From contig OX597820.1 of the NCBI GenBank assembly GCA_951406725.2, positions 86,490,001 through 86,554,000 on the forward strand: a stretch of DNA of 64,000 nucleotides, read 5' to 3'. Both the position numbers and the translations under genes were made by a program. The notes beneath the pieces are model-generated. The model ran no database searches and was not told the DNA's origin. It was given only the letters and a program-made list of their open reading frames with translations. Source of the DNA: Octopus vulgaris (Eukaryota). This document shows, one piece after another, positions 1 to 15,004 of this stretch. How positions within the stretch are numbered: the first letter of the stretch is position 1; each line of letters begins with the position of its first letter.

Positions 1-937
1 ATATATAATATGACAGCCAACTTGGGGCGGATATTTGAACTAGATATTACATTTCAACGAATCACTTTTCAATTTCTATAACAGAACTGATGATTAAAGC
101 TGTGAATTAATTTTTATCCGTGTTTACACCTACTTGCACTTGAACTGGAATCTTGAACGAAATGTGTTTTCCCAGCAACACATCGCTATGAAGTATTCCT
201 CATAGAAAGTTTGTAACACCAATTTCGTCAACCTCTAAGTTAAAAAAAAAACGTGTGTGTGTGTGTGCGTGCGTGTTTGCACGTAAGCATTTTTGGTTAC
301 AAAATAAAGAAAAAGAACTCAATCCATGTAGAAGTGTTTGTATATATATTTTTCGATACAGCTCGATACAGACAAAAAGGCTGGAGACTCTTAATGCCGA
401 CAGAGTGAATCATCGAATATTTTACAATATTTGTGCGTGTTTGTATATACGTATATGTATGTATATATCTATGTATGTATATATATATCTATGCGGCTAG
501 AAGACACTCACAGACAATAGACGGGTGAAGTTATTACTTGTCTGTCTGTCTGTCTCTCAATATATATAATGCTCTCTCTGTCTACTTTCTCTGCTAAAGA
601 AAGCAGAAATGAAAACAGCATCAAAGACACACTGATTAAATATCGAGTTTAATTTCGAAATTTCCGATATATTGGATTTCAGAGAAAGAAGATAATATGC
701 AGATATCAATCAGTCACGATATTTATTCCTCCCCTGTGACTAAACCGTGTGAAGCTCCTATTCAGCTAGCCAGTACACTAAACACATGAGTATCTAGTCA
801 CTTTCTATACAAGTCTCTCATAGTCTCTCTCTTCTTCCATCTCACCCTTTCTCTCTTCATTTTGTCTCTATCAATTTATATATGTCACTATACTTCTGTT
901 TCCTCTCTTTCTCTCTGTCACTTCACTGTTAGAGAAA

Positions 938-997
<60 letters not shown>

Positions 998-1034
998 ATT
1001 ATATATATATATTTATACACACTCACACACACAT

Positions 1035-1140
1035 TTTTATTATTGATCAGCAGAAGTTACAGAATGACAGAAGGGCCGATAGTTTCGTGCGTTGGCACTT
1101 ATCAAACTTAACATAGCACGAAACCCTCTGTCCTTGAGTA
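1035..1140 (-). mobile_element. Penelope-like pseudo-LTR fragment with degenerate hammerhead motif
   Basis: Minus strand reads TTGATAA-gtgc-caac-gcac-GAAA-ctatc (hammerhead-like core with 4-bp stem II). A partial inverted copy (gcacgaaacc) lies at ~1116. A related sequence occurs at 27750-27795. Confidence 0.45.
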
Positions 1141-1214
1141 ACCCGGTACCTTCTGCCGAATATTAATATCAACTATCTACTCAATTCTTTTAGCTTAATT
1201 TTCTTGTTTGCATC

Positions 1215-1215
<1 letters not shown>

Positions 1216-1279
<64 letters not shown>
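1216..1279. repeat. (TAGA)n microsatellite
   Basis: Direct reading. Similar tracts occur at 8663-8715, 17749-17836, 18035-18130 and 32919-33020. Confidence 0.95.
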
Positions 1280-1280
<1 letters not shown>

Positions 1281-1392
1281 CTGGACAGATATATTTTTTC
1301 AATGACAGGCATGAAATCATAGCATCGACTACTTGTTGAGTAGTTGTGCACTTTTTATATTGCTCAGATAAAATAATATTTTATTGCCTTGA

Positions 1393-1535
1393 TTCCTCCG
1401 AGGTCGACTTTGCTTTTCATCCTTTCGGGGTCGATAAATTAAGCACCAGATGCTTACTGAGGTCGATCTAATCGACTGCCCCACCCCGCCTCCCCAAAAT
1501 TGCAGGCCTTATGCATAGAGTAGAAAAGAATATTA
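1393..1535 (+). mobile_element. SINE family M (Meta-domain-like core), 5'-truncated copy
   Basis: ccgaggtcgactttgcttttcatcctttcggggtcgataaattaag core, shared with the full copies at 41055, 49418 and 61727. Confidence 0.85.
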
Positions 1536-1734
1536 TACTGCCTTGATTCATGTGCACTGTGTACTTTATGTGTGTGTGTGTATGTACGTTTGTGCATGTG
1601 TGTCAATGTTGTGTATGTGTGATTCCATGTACGCATATATATGTATATAAATGTGTGTATATACATTGACATGTCTACAAGTTTAAATATATGTAATGTA
1701 ATGTAATATATGCAAATATTATATAGATAATATT

Positions 1735-1940
1735 GGGTTTTGTAACCACGACAGTAATTTCGGGGTCGGGTGTTAGTCGATTGCATCAATCCTAGCACTC
1801 AAGTGGTACTTATTTTATCGATATCCAAAAGAATCTAAGTCAAAGACGATCCTGACGGCATTTGAACTGAAAACATTAATGTCTGAAGAACTGCTGCTAA
1901 GCATTTTTACCACCGCCATAACGATTCTGCCAGCTTGCCA
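1735..1940 (-). mobile_element. SINE family M, diverged copy
   Basis: Reverse-complement core (ggtacttattttatcga...atttgaact...acgattctgccagcttgcc). Confidence 0.7.
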
Positions 1941-1960
1941 GTTTACCACTTTTATTATAT

Positions 1961-2335
1961 ACTAACAGTATCGCCCGGCGTTGCTCGGGTTTGTTTCGAC
2001 CCGCTGGAATTTTTGAAAAGTAAAAATTTTGCATTATGTAGCTGGTTATTCTCTTCAAGTGAACATTTTTCTGGTTGAAATACACCGAAAAGTGGCGACA
2101 CAGCAGTGAAAAAATCGTAAAAAGTAGGGATTTTCATAGAAAAAAACACTTTTTTTATGTAAATAATTTTTGGTGTCAACATGGTCCGATTTGAATTTTA
2201 TCTTCTACGGAAGGAAGAGCAACCCTTCTACCATACTCTCAATTTTGGTCAACTTTTGGTCGGAGGAGATAGTGTTAGTTGAAGGCTACCAAACCTGGCG
2301 CACACAGACAACTTCAGCTTTATATATAGAGAGAT
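1961..2335 (-). mobile_element. Non-autonomous Helitron-like element
   Basis: Minus strand starts aTCtctctatatataaagctgaag and ends with a GC-rich imperfect hairpin (cccgagcaacgccggg) followed about 8 nt later by TTAG-t, a variant of CTAG-t. No TIR or TSD seen. Confidence 0.6.
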
Positions 2336-2453
2336 AACACACACACATTAATACACATACATACACACACACACACACATGTATGTATGTATATATGTAC
2401 ATCTGTCCACTTCTTGCCATATTTTTATCCTTCACTTCCTACACACACACACA

Positions 2454-2518
<65 letters not shown>

Positions 2519-2589
2519 TAGCTTACAATTTTCTTTCAACAATTGACACTGTCATATATGTATATGTTTGCATGTCTATGTGTGTAAAG

Positions 2590-3115
2590 AGAAAGTGGGA
2601 GTAAGTGTGGTAATAGGCGGAGTAAAGCCTTTGAAGTGAGAGAGGGAAATCGTAAAATATTGAGTTTTCTCGAATTTTTGCTTAATTGGGGGTGAAATTG
2701 AAAGAAATTTATATGCCATGACCGAATGGAATGTACTTGGAAAAATCATAGGTAAATTCCAATTGAAGAAATTGTGTGAGGAGTAAATCGTTATGTATTT
2801 ATTTGTTTCTGTTTGCTCTGTACTTTTTTGAGTAGTGGTTTAAGGTGCACTTGCAAAGAGAAAGTAGGAGAAATTATGGTAATAGCATGAGTGAAGCAGT
2901 TGAAATTAGAGACGCAAATCGTAAAATATTTACTTTTCTCGAATTTTTGCTTAATTGGGGGTCAAATTGAAAAAACTTTATATACCATGACCCAATCGAA
3001 TCTACTTGTAAAAAGCGTAGGTAAATTCCAATTGAAGAAATTCTATATTGTAGAATTGTATTAAAAAGAAACATGGGAACAGGCAGAGAAAATCTGCCTT
3101 TTATCATAAGAGATA
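2590..3115 (-). mobile_element. Probable Helitron-like fragment with internal ~130-bp direct duplication
   Basis: 2647-2773 and 2916-3042 are diverged direct copies. The right end reads aTCtcttatgataaaaggcag on the minus strand, resembling the 5' end of the element at 1961-2335. Confidence 0.45.
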
Positions 3116-3234
3116 TAATATCATATACAATATGCATACAATAGGTGAGCGCGTGTGTCTATATATGTATATCGATGCATATGTTTATTCGTGTACATCT
3201 ACCCACACACATACACAGGCGAACACACAAGCAT

Positions 3235-3319
<85 letters not shown>

Positions 3320-4350
3320 TGTATATATTCATATACATATACATATACAGCGAAGAGAAATAAATCAGAGTAACCAATGCACGAACAAGAGACAAACACA
3401 GGTATGTCAAATACCAAACACCGTCGATTTACTAACAGTATCTTCGCCTGTAGAGGATGTATCCAAGTTATGAAATGCCGATGGCGACCTAGACGATATT
3501 AAAAGGGAGGTAATCTCAAGAATCAAGAATTTTCCCAAATGTGATGTACTATTATCGAAAATAACAGCTTATTGTTTGGAGACAAGAGGCGAGTCGTGGA
3601 CACGTGTTTCTGCCTCAGACTTTCATATATATCTAGATATTTAGATAAATACTTAGACACAAGTGTGTAGGTATGTATCTGTATATATGTTTTTATATAC
3701 ATCTGTTTATGAGTATTTATATGGCAAATTGGTATTGCTTAAGGGCATCGAGAATAAAACGAACGAAGCAAAACGTAAGAGAAAACAGTGTATAGTATTG
3801 GCTTAGCTCTGTAAGAAGCTATTCAGATTCTGCCGAAATTTCTCTTTTTTTTCTTTCTTTTCTTACTCTCTATCCCTCATATATATTCTCCTCCCCTCTT
3901 CTCTCACCCCCTCTCTCTCTCTCTCTTTCTCTCTCAATATACTATTTTGCACTGTAGATTACTGGAATATATTTTACAGTGTCCTTTCTCCAGAAATGAA
4001 GAAGAGTTGAGTGAGGAGCGAGCAGTTTCTTCTTCTAAAAAAACTGATACATTACTGGAAAAGTTGGTATATTACTGGAACAATATAGCATAGAACGAAA
4101 ATAAAAATTGGTTATCAATAAGAAGACTGACAATATTTTGGTGTTGTGTTTGCTTCAAAACACTCGGTCTCAATCGTTTATTTTAACTTAAACCATAACA
4201 TAAAGGAAGAGTCATAGCGTAGGGAAAAATGATCAGGGGTCAAATTGTAGTGGTACGATAAAAGGTTTTAACAATATAAAATACTGTTACGAAATATAAC
4301 AAAATAGAAAGCAATACGAGTTTTCTCCCTTTTCTTCTTCTTCTTCTTCT

Positions 4351-4382
<32 letters not shown>

Positions 4383-4843
4383 CATACATACATACATACA
4401 TACATACATACATACATACATACATACATACATACATAAATTGTATAGAGATAAAGAGAGAGCTACATATACACGTATACATGAATACAGACTTGTATGA
4501 GTACATACAAACAAACATATGTTTATGTAGATGTTATTGAGAATTATACATCTTTTTTTGCTGTTGTCTAGACATTTGGCAATTCATACTTGCTAACTAT
4601 ACTTTGTAATCTGTCATAACATGACAAATAGCTTTAAAACCTACGAGATCTAACTCCAGCGAAAGTAGAATCTTAGAAAGTGATTTCCCTCAGATATAGT
4701 ACAAAATCATATATAAAACCAAGAAGATCCCCACAGTACTTCACTGCTATATATATCTTTTAGAACTTTCAGAGGATGAAAGACGAAACTAACCTAGAAT
4801 GTTAACATGTAAGAATCTCTCGGAATGTACGTAGACGAAAGAA

Positions 4844-5381
4844 AATACCTGAGTGGTTGTCGTGGCTTCTGATCTTAACTGATTGGAAGTGTCATCGTGT
4901 ACGTTGCTTTGTCTTGATATAAAAGATGGGCTACAGCAAATATTCTGCTCAATATCACAGATTTGCTTGTCAGTTGCTTGACCATAACCAGTTGAGCATG
5001 TCCCTCGGTGGCTGACGATACGTGCATTTCTGATCACGAACAGAAGTAGTGAGGGAGCATTATAGCCGTGTGTTGGAAGGAATTCTTAGAGGTTTGGAAA
5101 ATTCAGCTCTGGAAACATGGGTGGTTCGTTCAACATCCTTAAACAATCCATATTCACTTTTTGAGCGAGATGGGCTACTCGACCTGAACAAAATTCTAAC
5201 TGGGTCCCACCTGCAAGGTCATGTGCTGTTTATCTTGATATGAGATCACCATGTCGCGCATATATGGTTGTGATGCATGTGCCTGGTGTACCCTTATCAG
5301 ACGGGTAGTCATGATGGGTATACTGGGCTTCGTATATTTTACCCGAGTGTCACTTCGATGGCATGCACTGCTCTCTCACTC
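4844..5381 (+). mobile_element. Family X ~550-bp non-coding interspersed repeat, copy 1
   Basis: Collinear reverse complement of 61048-61580 and 61957-62512. Ends ...gcactgctctctcactc followed by (AAG)n. Confidence 0.85.
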
Positions 5382-5850
5382 AAGAAGAAGAAAAAGGGGA
5401 AGAAGAAGAAGAAGAAGAAGACGAAGAAGACGAAGAAGAAGAAGAAGAAGAAAATGAGGGGAGGAGGAGGAGGAGGAGGTGGAGGAGGTGGAGGAGGTGG
5501 AGGAGGTGGAGGAGGTGGAGGAGGTGGAGGATGTGGAGGAGGTGGAGGAGGAGGAGGAGGAGGAGGAGGTGAAGAAGAAGATGAAGAAGAAGGAGAAGAT
5601 GAAGAAGGAGGAGGTGAAGAAGGAGAAGATGAAGAAGGAGGTAAAGGAGGTGGAGGAAGAGAGCTGGGGGAGGAGAACTGGGAGGAGGAGGGCTGAGGGA
5701 GGAGGAGGAGGTGAAGAAGGAGGAGGAAGAGAAGATTAAGGGAGGTGAGGGGGACTAGGAGGAAGAGGAGGAGGAGGAGGGAGAAGAAGAAGAAGAAGAA
5801 GAAGAAGAAGAAGAAGAAGAAGAAGAAGAAGAAGAAGAAGAAGAAGAAGA
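5382..5850. repeat. Compound (GAA)n/(GGA)n purine-rich tract
   Basis: Direct reading. It is the source of the spurious poly-G/E/K/P ORFs. Confidence 0.95.
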
Positions 5851-6345
5851 ATCGAGAAGAGCGAGTCTGACAAACGGCGACCACACATATAATATTATAA
5901 AAAAAAAAAACCCGATGAGGTAGGGAATTTTAGAAAAAAAACGTCCACATTTAACCAGAAGGACGGAAAAGTTATAATTCCACCTTCACAAAATCCTGTC
6001 AGTATCTCTCTCCGTCGTTCGTTCTTTCTCATTATTTAACACGACCATGCTAAGAACATATAGTATAAATGCACAGAGGGGAACTGTATTAAATTTTTCA
6101 TTTTCTTTTATCTCGTTGTTTGTTGAATTACACGCCATGATTTGTTTCCAATATGGCCAGTTTGAAAAGTAGTAATAACGTCAGACCTCTAAAGGCTGAA
6201 ATTGAATGAAGCTAACTTCACCATTATATGTTAGCTAACTTATAAAACTATGATACTACAAAATGTAGGAATAAATTTTTTGAATAAACTTTGGAACATC
6301 CAAAATTTTAAAAAGTTTTCGACTTCCTTCGCTTTTCAAGAATTC

Positions 6346-7032
<687 letters not shown>

Positions 7033-7381
7033 TAAGACTTGCTAACGGAAATAGAAAAAATGTGGCATCTCAAGGCGACTACAGCACCAGTGATTGTAGG
7101 ATCTCAAGGAATGATAAACAAAGGTACTGAAACCTATTTGAAAATGATACCAGGCTTACCATCCCTACAGGAAGTGCAAATCGTATTAACTGGAACTGAG
7201 AAGAGCATTATCACTGTGAAAAAAACATCAATGCATGAATTTATTAATTTATTAAGTTTTTAAAAGCATATTTTACCTGTGAATTTGCATGTGTAATCTG
7301 GGAATGCATACAATGAGATTCTCCGCCCTAGGTGTACGGAAAACACTCGGCGAAAAACAAGGAAATTTGAAGAAAGAAGGA

Positions 7382-7382
<1 letters not shown>
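7033..7382 (+). mobile_element. Dong/R4-like LINE 3' end (restriction-like endonuclease C-terminus plus UTR)
   Basis: KDLLTEIEKMWHLKATTAPVIVGSQGMI...LQEVQIVLTGT, homologous to the YxDLxxExxxxW...PxxxGALG...Q motif. Followed by a (TAA)n tail. Confidence 0.8.
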
Positions 7383-7455
<73 letters not shown>

Positions 7456-7460
7456 TGATG

Positions 7461-8122
<662 letters not shown>

Positions 8123-8123
8123 C

Positions 8124-8176
<53 letters not shown>

Positions 8177-8177
<1 letters not shown>

Positions 8178-8343
8178 TTCACATTTTGGAACAAGGCCGG
8201 CAAACTCCTAAACTGTTTCTTATTTTATCGAACACGAAAGGCATAGTTGACCTCGGTGAAATTTGAGCTCAGAACATAAAGTTGGACTAAATGATGCCGA
8301 ACATTTTGTCTAGCAAGCTAACTGTTCCGCCAGCTCGCTGCCT
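8177..8343 (-). mobile_element. SINE family M, diverged copy
   Basis: ttattttatcga...gaaaggcatagttgacctcggtgaaatttgagctcagaac...ccagctcgctgcct. Confidence 0.7.
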
Positions 8344-8651
8344 CAATAATAACAATAGAATAGTTCAAGCTGAACAACCTTCACACACAACGCACACTCT
8401 CTACGATAAGCATCTCTGATAATCTAAACAAACACAACTTGAACAACATAAGATGCTCAAGAATAAGCTCCAATAAAATAATGCAACTCACGTTACACAC
8501 ACACACACACATACAAGACACAACAGAACAAACACTAATATGGCATGAAATAAGAAACTAAACTAACAAAACAAACTGACGAACTACACCAACAACAAGA
8601 GTTAACATTCCTTATCGAACTATCTTTCTCTCCATCTGTGTATCTACCTAC

Positions 8652-8715
<64 letters not shown>

Positions 8716-8846
8716 ATAGCCGAAATTGCGAAGATGATCCGGTTCTTGACTGATGATTGAGGGCTTCGAATGTCCCGACCGTGTTTTTTTGTGTCGTCTT
8801 CTAAATGTTTCACGTTCTTGTCCCAGTTTGTATATTTTTTAACTTT

Positions 8847-8918
<72 letters not shown>

Positions 8919-9229
8919 TGCGTGTGCGTATATAATATATATTATTCAAAGAAATTCCAACTCTGTTTTTTATGTTTTATTTATATTCTTTATAATATCA
9001 ATGTAGAATATAGAATATATAGTATAAATAATATATATATAGTAAAATGAAATGAAGTATTGTCTTATTGAATAGATGAAATACTGAATATAAAGTATTA
9101 AGGGACTAATATACTTTCTTGCATTAAAGCAGTCTTTAAGGTCCCAGCTTGTTACAGGAGTGTCGCCTTCGTTTTTTGTTTATTTCCGTAAACCTGCCTT
9201 CGTCTTTTATCTATTTTCATAAAGCTTCC

Positions 9230-9272
<43 letters not shown>

Positions 9273-10512
9273 TTTATCTATCTATCCATCTATTTATCTA
9301 TTTATTTACATATTGTTCTATGTATCTGTCTGCCTATGTGTCATCATATTCTATTTTGTCCCTTCATCATTTCAATATGCGTTCTTCTTCTTCTTCTTCT
9401 TCTTCTTCTTCTTCTTCTTCTTCTTCTTCTTCTTCTTCTTCTTCTTCTTCTTCTTCTTCTCCTCCATCTTTTCCCCCCCAATCTATCCTCTTTGTCATCA
9501 GTATCATATCTATTCTGGCTGTGAGTGATTCTCTCACAAGGTCACAAGAAGATTCTGTTTTTAAATGTTACCAATATTTCGTGATATTAACAATAAAGAA
9601 AAAAACTAACTTACAAAATAACTACTACTACTACTACTACTACGTTGACGACGACGACGACGACTACGACTACTACAAAAGCAAAGCCTTAGGAAAGGTG
9701 AAAGAGAAAATAACCATCGAACAAAAAATAAAACTAAAAGAAACAAAAAATAACGTAAAAATGTAAAAGCGAAATCATAAATGAAACTGCCACTAGATAA
9801 AAAGATATATATAAAATGAAAGTAAAACCAGAAAGTAAAACTAAAAGGAGACGTAAAACGCCATTTTAAAAACCTATCACACATCAAACAGAAATATTCA
9901 AAATCAACTGATATTAAAATCACTTTTAAAAAATGATTATAAAATTATATAGATAGAACGAAATAAAACGTTAAAGCTTTAAAAATAAAATGAATGTAAT
10001 TTATCTGAAAAAGATAAATAAGGAAAATGAATAGCAAAATTATTTAGACTATACGCAATTATTTAGACTAACATAAGGATCTTCGTCTCTTAGTCTCATA
10101 TTTATTTTTCGTATTGTTTTTGATTTCTTTTGTAGCCGTTTCTATTCTGTTTTTGGTGTGCGTATGTGTGTGTATGCTGTATGTGTGTGTGTACTGCATA
10201 AGTGTGCTGTGTATATGTGAATGTGTTGAATGTATGTTTGTGGGTGAATGTGAGCGTATGTTTAGTGTATGTGTGCGTATGTAATCGCCCATAAATATAC
10301 ACAGATGTTTACTTCTTATGTGTGTGTATATATCAGTATCGCATATGTATGTATTGGTTTTGTGTGTATTACTGTGGTTGTATGTTTGTATGTGATCGGT
10401 TTGTCATCTATCTATAAAATATACTTAGATGTATTTTATTTATGCACCTGTGCGTGGCGGGTGTCTATTTTATGTTTCTGTGTTCACTTTTTAAATGTAG
10501 GTTTGGCTTTCT

Positions 10513-10850
10513 AGTCATCTTAGGGATTTCATCACAGCCTCATGGCAACTGCTACAGATACCATGTAAACCAGTGCTACCTGTTCCATGGGGGATTGATC
10601 GGTGACTAAGTCAGGTCACCCACTTGTGTAGCTTGATACTCTCCTGAGAAGAGTGTCTGGACATCCAGCAGGACTCAAAACAAGAACTATCGAAGGACGG
10701 ATGACCTCCTTGTGGGCTCAAGAGTATCCGGTCGAGGAAGCCGGTAACAAACCAGCCCAATGTCTTTGCCAAGGAAACACTAAGAAAATGTCAGAACAAT
10801 GTAATGCTGCCGCGCCATCTGTTGGGAGAACTCGCGCTTAATCGAGATGA
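10513..10850 (+). mobile_element. RTE-derived non-coding fragment (5' UTR / Bov-A-like segment)
   Basis: gaggaagccggtaacaaaccagcccaatgtctttgccaaggaaacac resembles the gaggaaggcaatggcaaaccact...ttgccaagaaaac motif of RTE-clade elements, recalled from family knowledge. Confidence 0.5.
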
Positions 10851-10971
10851 AATCTGCGGCAGTGTCATTAACACGATGCGACTGTGTATATGCTTCGTTG
10901 TGTGTGTATGTATGTGTGTATACGTGTGTGTGTGAGAGAGAGAGGGAGTGTGTGTGTGTGTATGTGTGTGC

Positions 10972-11299
10972 GGAAGGCGCGTGGCTTAGTGGTTAGGGCA
11001 TTCGGCTCGCGATTGTAAGGTCGTGAGTTCGATTCCCGGCGACGCGTTGAGTCCTTGAGCAAGACATTTTATTTCACGTTGCTCCAGTCCACTCAGCTGG
11101 CAAAAATGAGTTGTACCTGTATTTCAAAGGGCCGGCCTTGTACCTTGCACACTTTGTGTCACGCTGAATCTCCCTGAGAACTACGTTATGGGTACGCGTG
11201 TCTGTGGATTGCTCAGTCACTTGCACGTTAATTTCATGAGCAGGCTGTTCCGCTGATCGTATCAACTGGGACCCTCGTCGTCGTAACCGACGGAGTGCT
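10972..11299 (+). mobile_element. tRNA-derived SINE family C, near full length
   Basis: A box TGGCTTAGTGG and B box GAGTTCGATTCC, then gtccttgagcaagac...ctccagtccactcagctg central domain. Inserted in (TG)n. Second copy at 36583. Confidence 0.9.
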
Positions 11300-13291
11300 C
11301 CTCCTAAGTATGTGTGTGCGTGTGTGTGTGAGTAATTCATGGCTTACTAAGTGAACAATGATCTGATGACCCACGCAATCGTTACACTTTGTGTTAGTTA
11401 ATATTTGTTACATTGTCAGAAAACAAGGACGAGATATCGCTTCTGAGCGTTGGTGCCATAGGGTAGTTTGATGAAGCAATAACTGTGGAGGTCTGCTCAT
11501 GAGACAGTGTACGATTGATTTGATTGTACTGGAATACAGATATTTTGTTCGGTTGGGCAGATGACACTGGGGTAGCGTTTTGACCGGTAGACTGAGGAAC
11601 AAATCACAAACGGTAAAAGGTGTTTACATGATTGTGAGTGATACTCAGCCAATCAACTTACTGCTCTGGGTCTTGAATTCGTATTAGTTCATTGTGAGAC
11701 ATTCGTATATTAATAGTATTCCTGTATGTGTTGTATCTCTGTTAGCAATATAATACCGCATTGTTCAACATTGATATCTTAGCACAGCTCCATTATGGAT
11801 TTCATTCGGGTTGGTAGTAATGCAGTGTGGAACTCACTTGTATTAGTAGTATTCCATTGTGTCTCTTATTCTTTTATAGATTTCGCGCTATTAGTTCTTC
11901 ATATACGTAGGTGTGCATTACTTGTGCTTAGATTTGCGTGTATGTGTATATTTACATGGAAGAGAGGCACAGACAGAGAGAAAGAGAGAGAGTGAGAGAG
12001 ATAAAGTGTATGATCCCGTGAGTAGCTTTTGTTCAAATAGCGCTTACATGCGTGTTTGTGTCTATAGATGTGTGTTTAAAGTGTAATAGATTCCAAAATA
12101 TATAAACATGTTTGTACATATTTTTATACGTATATATTTCTATTTGGTTATTGTGTCTGTGTTTGTGTGTGTACATGTGGGTTGTATCATAACAAAAAAG
12201 ACATCGTAAATACTTATATGTGTGCTATGTTGCATATCTTTTTTCTGTGTGCCTATACATATATCTATTTATGCATATGTGTGTGCGTGCTCATAAGTGT
12301 GTGTGTGTGTACGTGTTTCTTGAAATCTCTCAATGTTTATGAATGAGTGAGTGTACATATGAATAAGTACGTGTGTAGGTGTATATGTATATGAATGTAA
12401 GTGTATATGTGTGTGTGTGCATGAATGCTTAAGTAAGGACATCATAGCTTCTGCTTAAAACACCTGAGAACAATTAAACTGAAAAAATTTGTAAGGAAAA
12501 ACAAAATTCGTTTTTCGTGATTTTTAAATATTTTTTGTTACTTTCATTGGTTTCTACATTCCCGCTCACTCACACACACACACACACACAGACGCAATAA
12601 ACACACACACACACACATAGACACACGCACACTAGTACACACACACACAAACAGAAACGCGCACAGACAGACACAATGCAATACGCACACTCACTCAGAC
12701 ACGTACAAACATACACATGCACACTCACTCTCTCTTGTCTTTTGTCTCTTCCCCAGTCTCAATCCTCTTCTAATTTCAGTCTCTTATTCTCTGTCTCTTA
12801 ATTCCCCTCTTTTGATTCGCCATATATACCTACACACACGCGCAGGCGCACGTGCACATTGACACGCACAAATACTGACACATACATAAACATAAACATG
12901 TATGTATATATACATGTGTGTTTGTGTGTGTGTGTATGTATGTATGTATGTATGTACGTATGTATGTATGTATGTATGAATGTATGTATGTATGTATGTA
13001 TGTATGTATGTATGTATGTATGTGTGTGTGTGTGTAGATATATGTGTATGTGTGTGTGCGTATTATTCGCATATACACACGTCTACTTACATATACGTAT
13101 AATCTCAGAGAATTGTATGTGCATACGTATACATATATGTATATGTACTTATTCTGAGTGTGCATGTATGTACATATGTAGGTATATATAGATACAGACC
13201 ACATATGTAAATATATATATACATATAATACGTATACATATATATACATATATGCATGTATATACATATATACGTATAAATGTATATTTAC

Positions 13292-13350
<59 letters not shown>

Positions 13351-13711
13351 TATATCTGCATGTATGTGAATGTATATATGTATGTATATTAATGTGTGTG
13401 CGTGTGCATGTGTGTGTGTGAGTGCGTGTCTTTTCGGTTTGTACATAAGACACAAGTATGTAGGATTTGTAGATATAAGTGTAACGTATGTCTGTCAGTA
13501 AAAATTTCCAATATTTAACAAAAAAAAAATGTTTTTTAGATTTTAAAAATGAAAATATTTCTTCCTAACGTCAACAGTACCAATATCTTGACATATGTAC
13601 ACATGTATGGATGGATGGATGAATGGATGGATATATGTATGAGTGTATATGTGTATATGTATGTGTGTATGTATTTGTGTATATGTGTGTATGTATGTGT
13701 ATATATATCTA

Positions 13712-13754
<43 letters not shown>

Positions 13755-14045
13755 ATGCATGTATGTATGTGTAAGTGTACATATACGTATATATACATGT
13801 ATATATATACATATATATATATATATATACATATGTATATATATATATGTGTGTGTATGCACAAATATTGGGACATAGATATATATACATACCATATATC
13901 GAGTCATTTGATATATCGTGTTTACTTCTTGCTTTTGTTGTTTTACATCCCAGTCAGACTTGATCCAGCTATGCTTTGATCCCAAATGGTTATTCCATTC
14001 GTGTTACACTTTATTCTCAAGTATATTACGATAATAATTCATGAT

Positions 14046-14313
14046 CAACGGCGGGGCTAGAATGTGCTGTGCCCGATCAGAGAATTTTGAGTGGTGCCCT
14101 CTACTCTACAAATGCTGAACATTGATGCTTTATACTTCACGTAGTATACTAGTCCTAGCCAAAAAGCGTTGAGGGTTTAAGGCTCCATCATTAGCTGCAA
14201 TGATATACTAAAAATTCATCACAGTGATCACCGCTCATGTGTGTGCTCGGGGCCCCGTTTGTTGCGCGGTCCGGTTTGAACAAATCTGTTTCGCTGGCTT
14301 AAAACCGGCACTG
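14046..14313. mobile_element. Possible hAT-type MITE remnant
   Basis: GC-rich island with weak terminal inverted repeats (caacggcgg / ccggcactg). No TSD found. Confidence 0.3.
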
Positions 14314-14429
14314 GTTGTAGCAATTGGGAAATTATTTTCTCATGGATAATCAATGTGTATTTTCATACATGTGTATAAATTTGCATGTAGAACTCTATGT
14401 ACATGTTTGCTATATCTGTATGTGCGCAT

Positions 14430-14690
14430 GTATTATATATTTTTACTTGTTTCACCCACTGGACTTCGACAAAGGCACACACACATGGGTGTAAATACAC
14501 ATAATTCATATATATATTTATACATGTGTGTGTGCGTGTGTATGTGTGTGTACACGACGGCTTCTTTCTGTTTCCTCTGCCACATCCACTCACAAAATGT
14601 TGGTCTGCCCAGGGAGATAGTAAAAGAGACTTGCCCAGTGGGACTGAACCCAGGACCATATTAGGAAGCAAACTTCTTACCATACAATCA
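14430..14690 (-). mobile_element. SINE family O, diverged copy
   Basis: Reverse complement of the family O head (gggactgaacccaggaccata...gcaaacttcttacca) and core (acgacggcttctttctgtttcc...atccactcacaa). Confidence 0.7.
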
Positions 14691-15004
14691 TGAATACACG
14701 ACTATTTTGTTCGTTAGCTCACTTAAAAATTCTAGCTATGTTACTTTTTAAATTTGTTTTAGGTTGGTCTGGAAAAAAGAATTTCCACCGAGGACCTTTG
14801 GAAGCTAGCGTAGTTTATAAGACTGATGGTCATAAAAGTCGACGGTAGCAGAAAGTCGTAACTTTCAGTGCTAGTTCTGAATTCTTTAGAAAATCTATAG
14901 AGATAAACTTTAAACTGAGAACATCGCACTGCTAACACCAAAATAAGGTCAAGCTTTAGTATACTTGGTAGTATAATATGGTTACAAAACGAAATACTGT
15001 GTCT

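Noticed and set aside
4966-5060. HDV-like ribozyme in family X (gtcagt/gctgac P1 and cat/gtg P3 can be drawn)
   Set aside because: I could not find a P2 3' strand or a J4/2 catalytic C in the right place.
5277-5884. Poly-G/E/K/P ORFs
   Set aside because: Translations of (GAA)/(GGA) repeats.
10972-11045. Functional tRNA gene
   Set aside because: It continues into a SINE body with a second copy at 36583 and has no proper acceptor stem or terminator.
12830-13985. YI/CV/HT-rich ORFs here and throughout the window
   Set aside because: Dinucleotide and tetranucleotide microsatellite translations.
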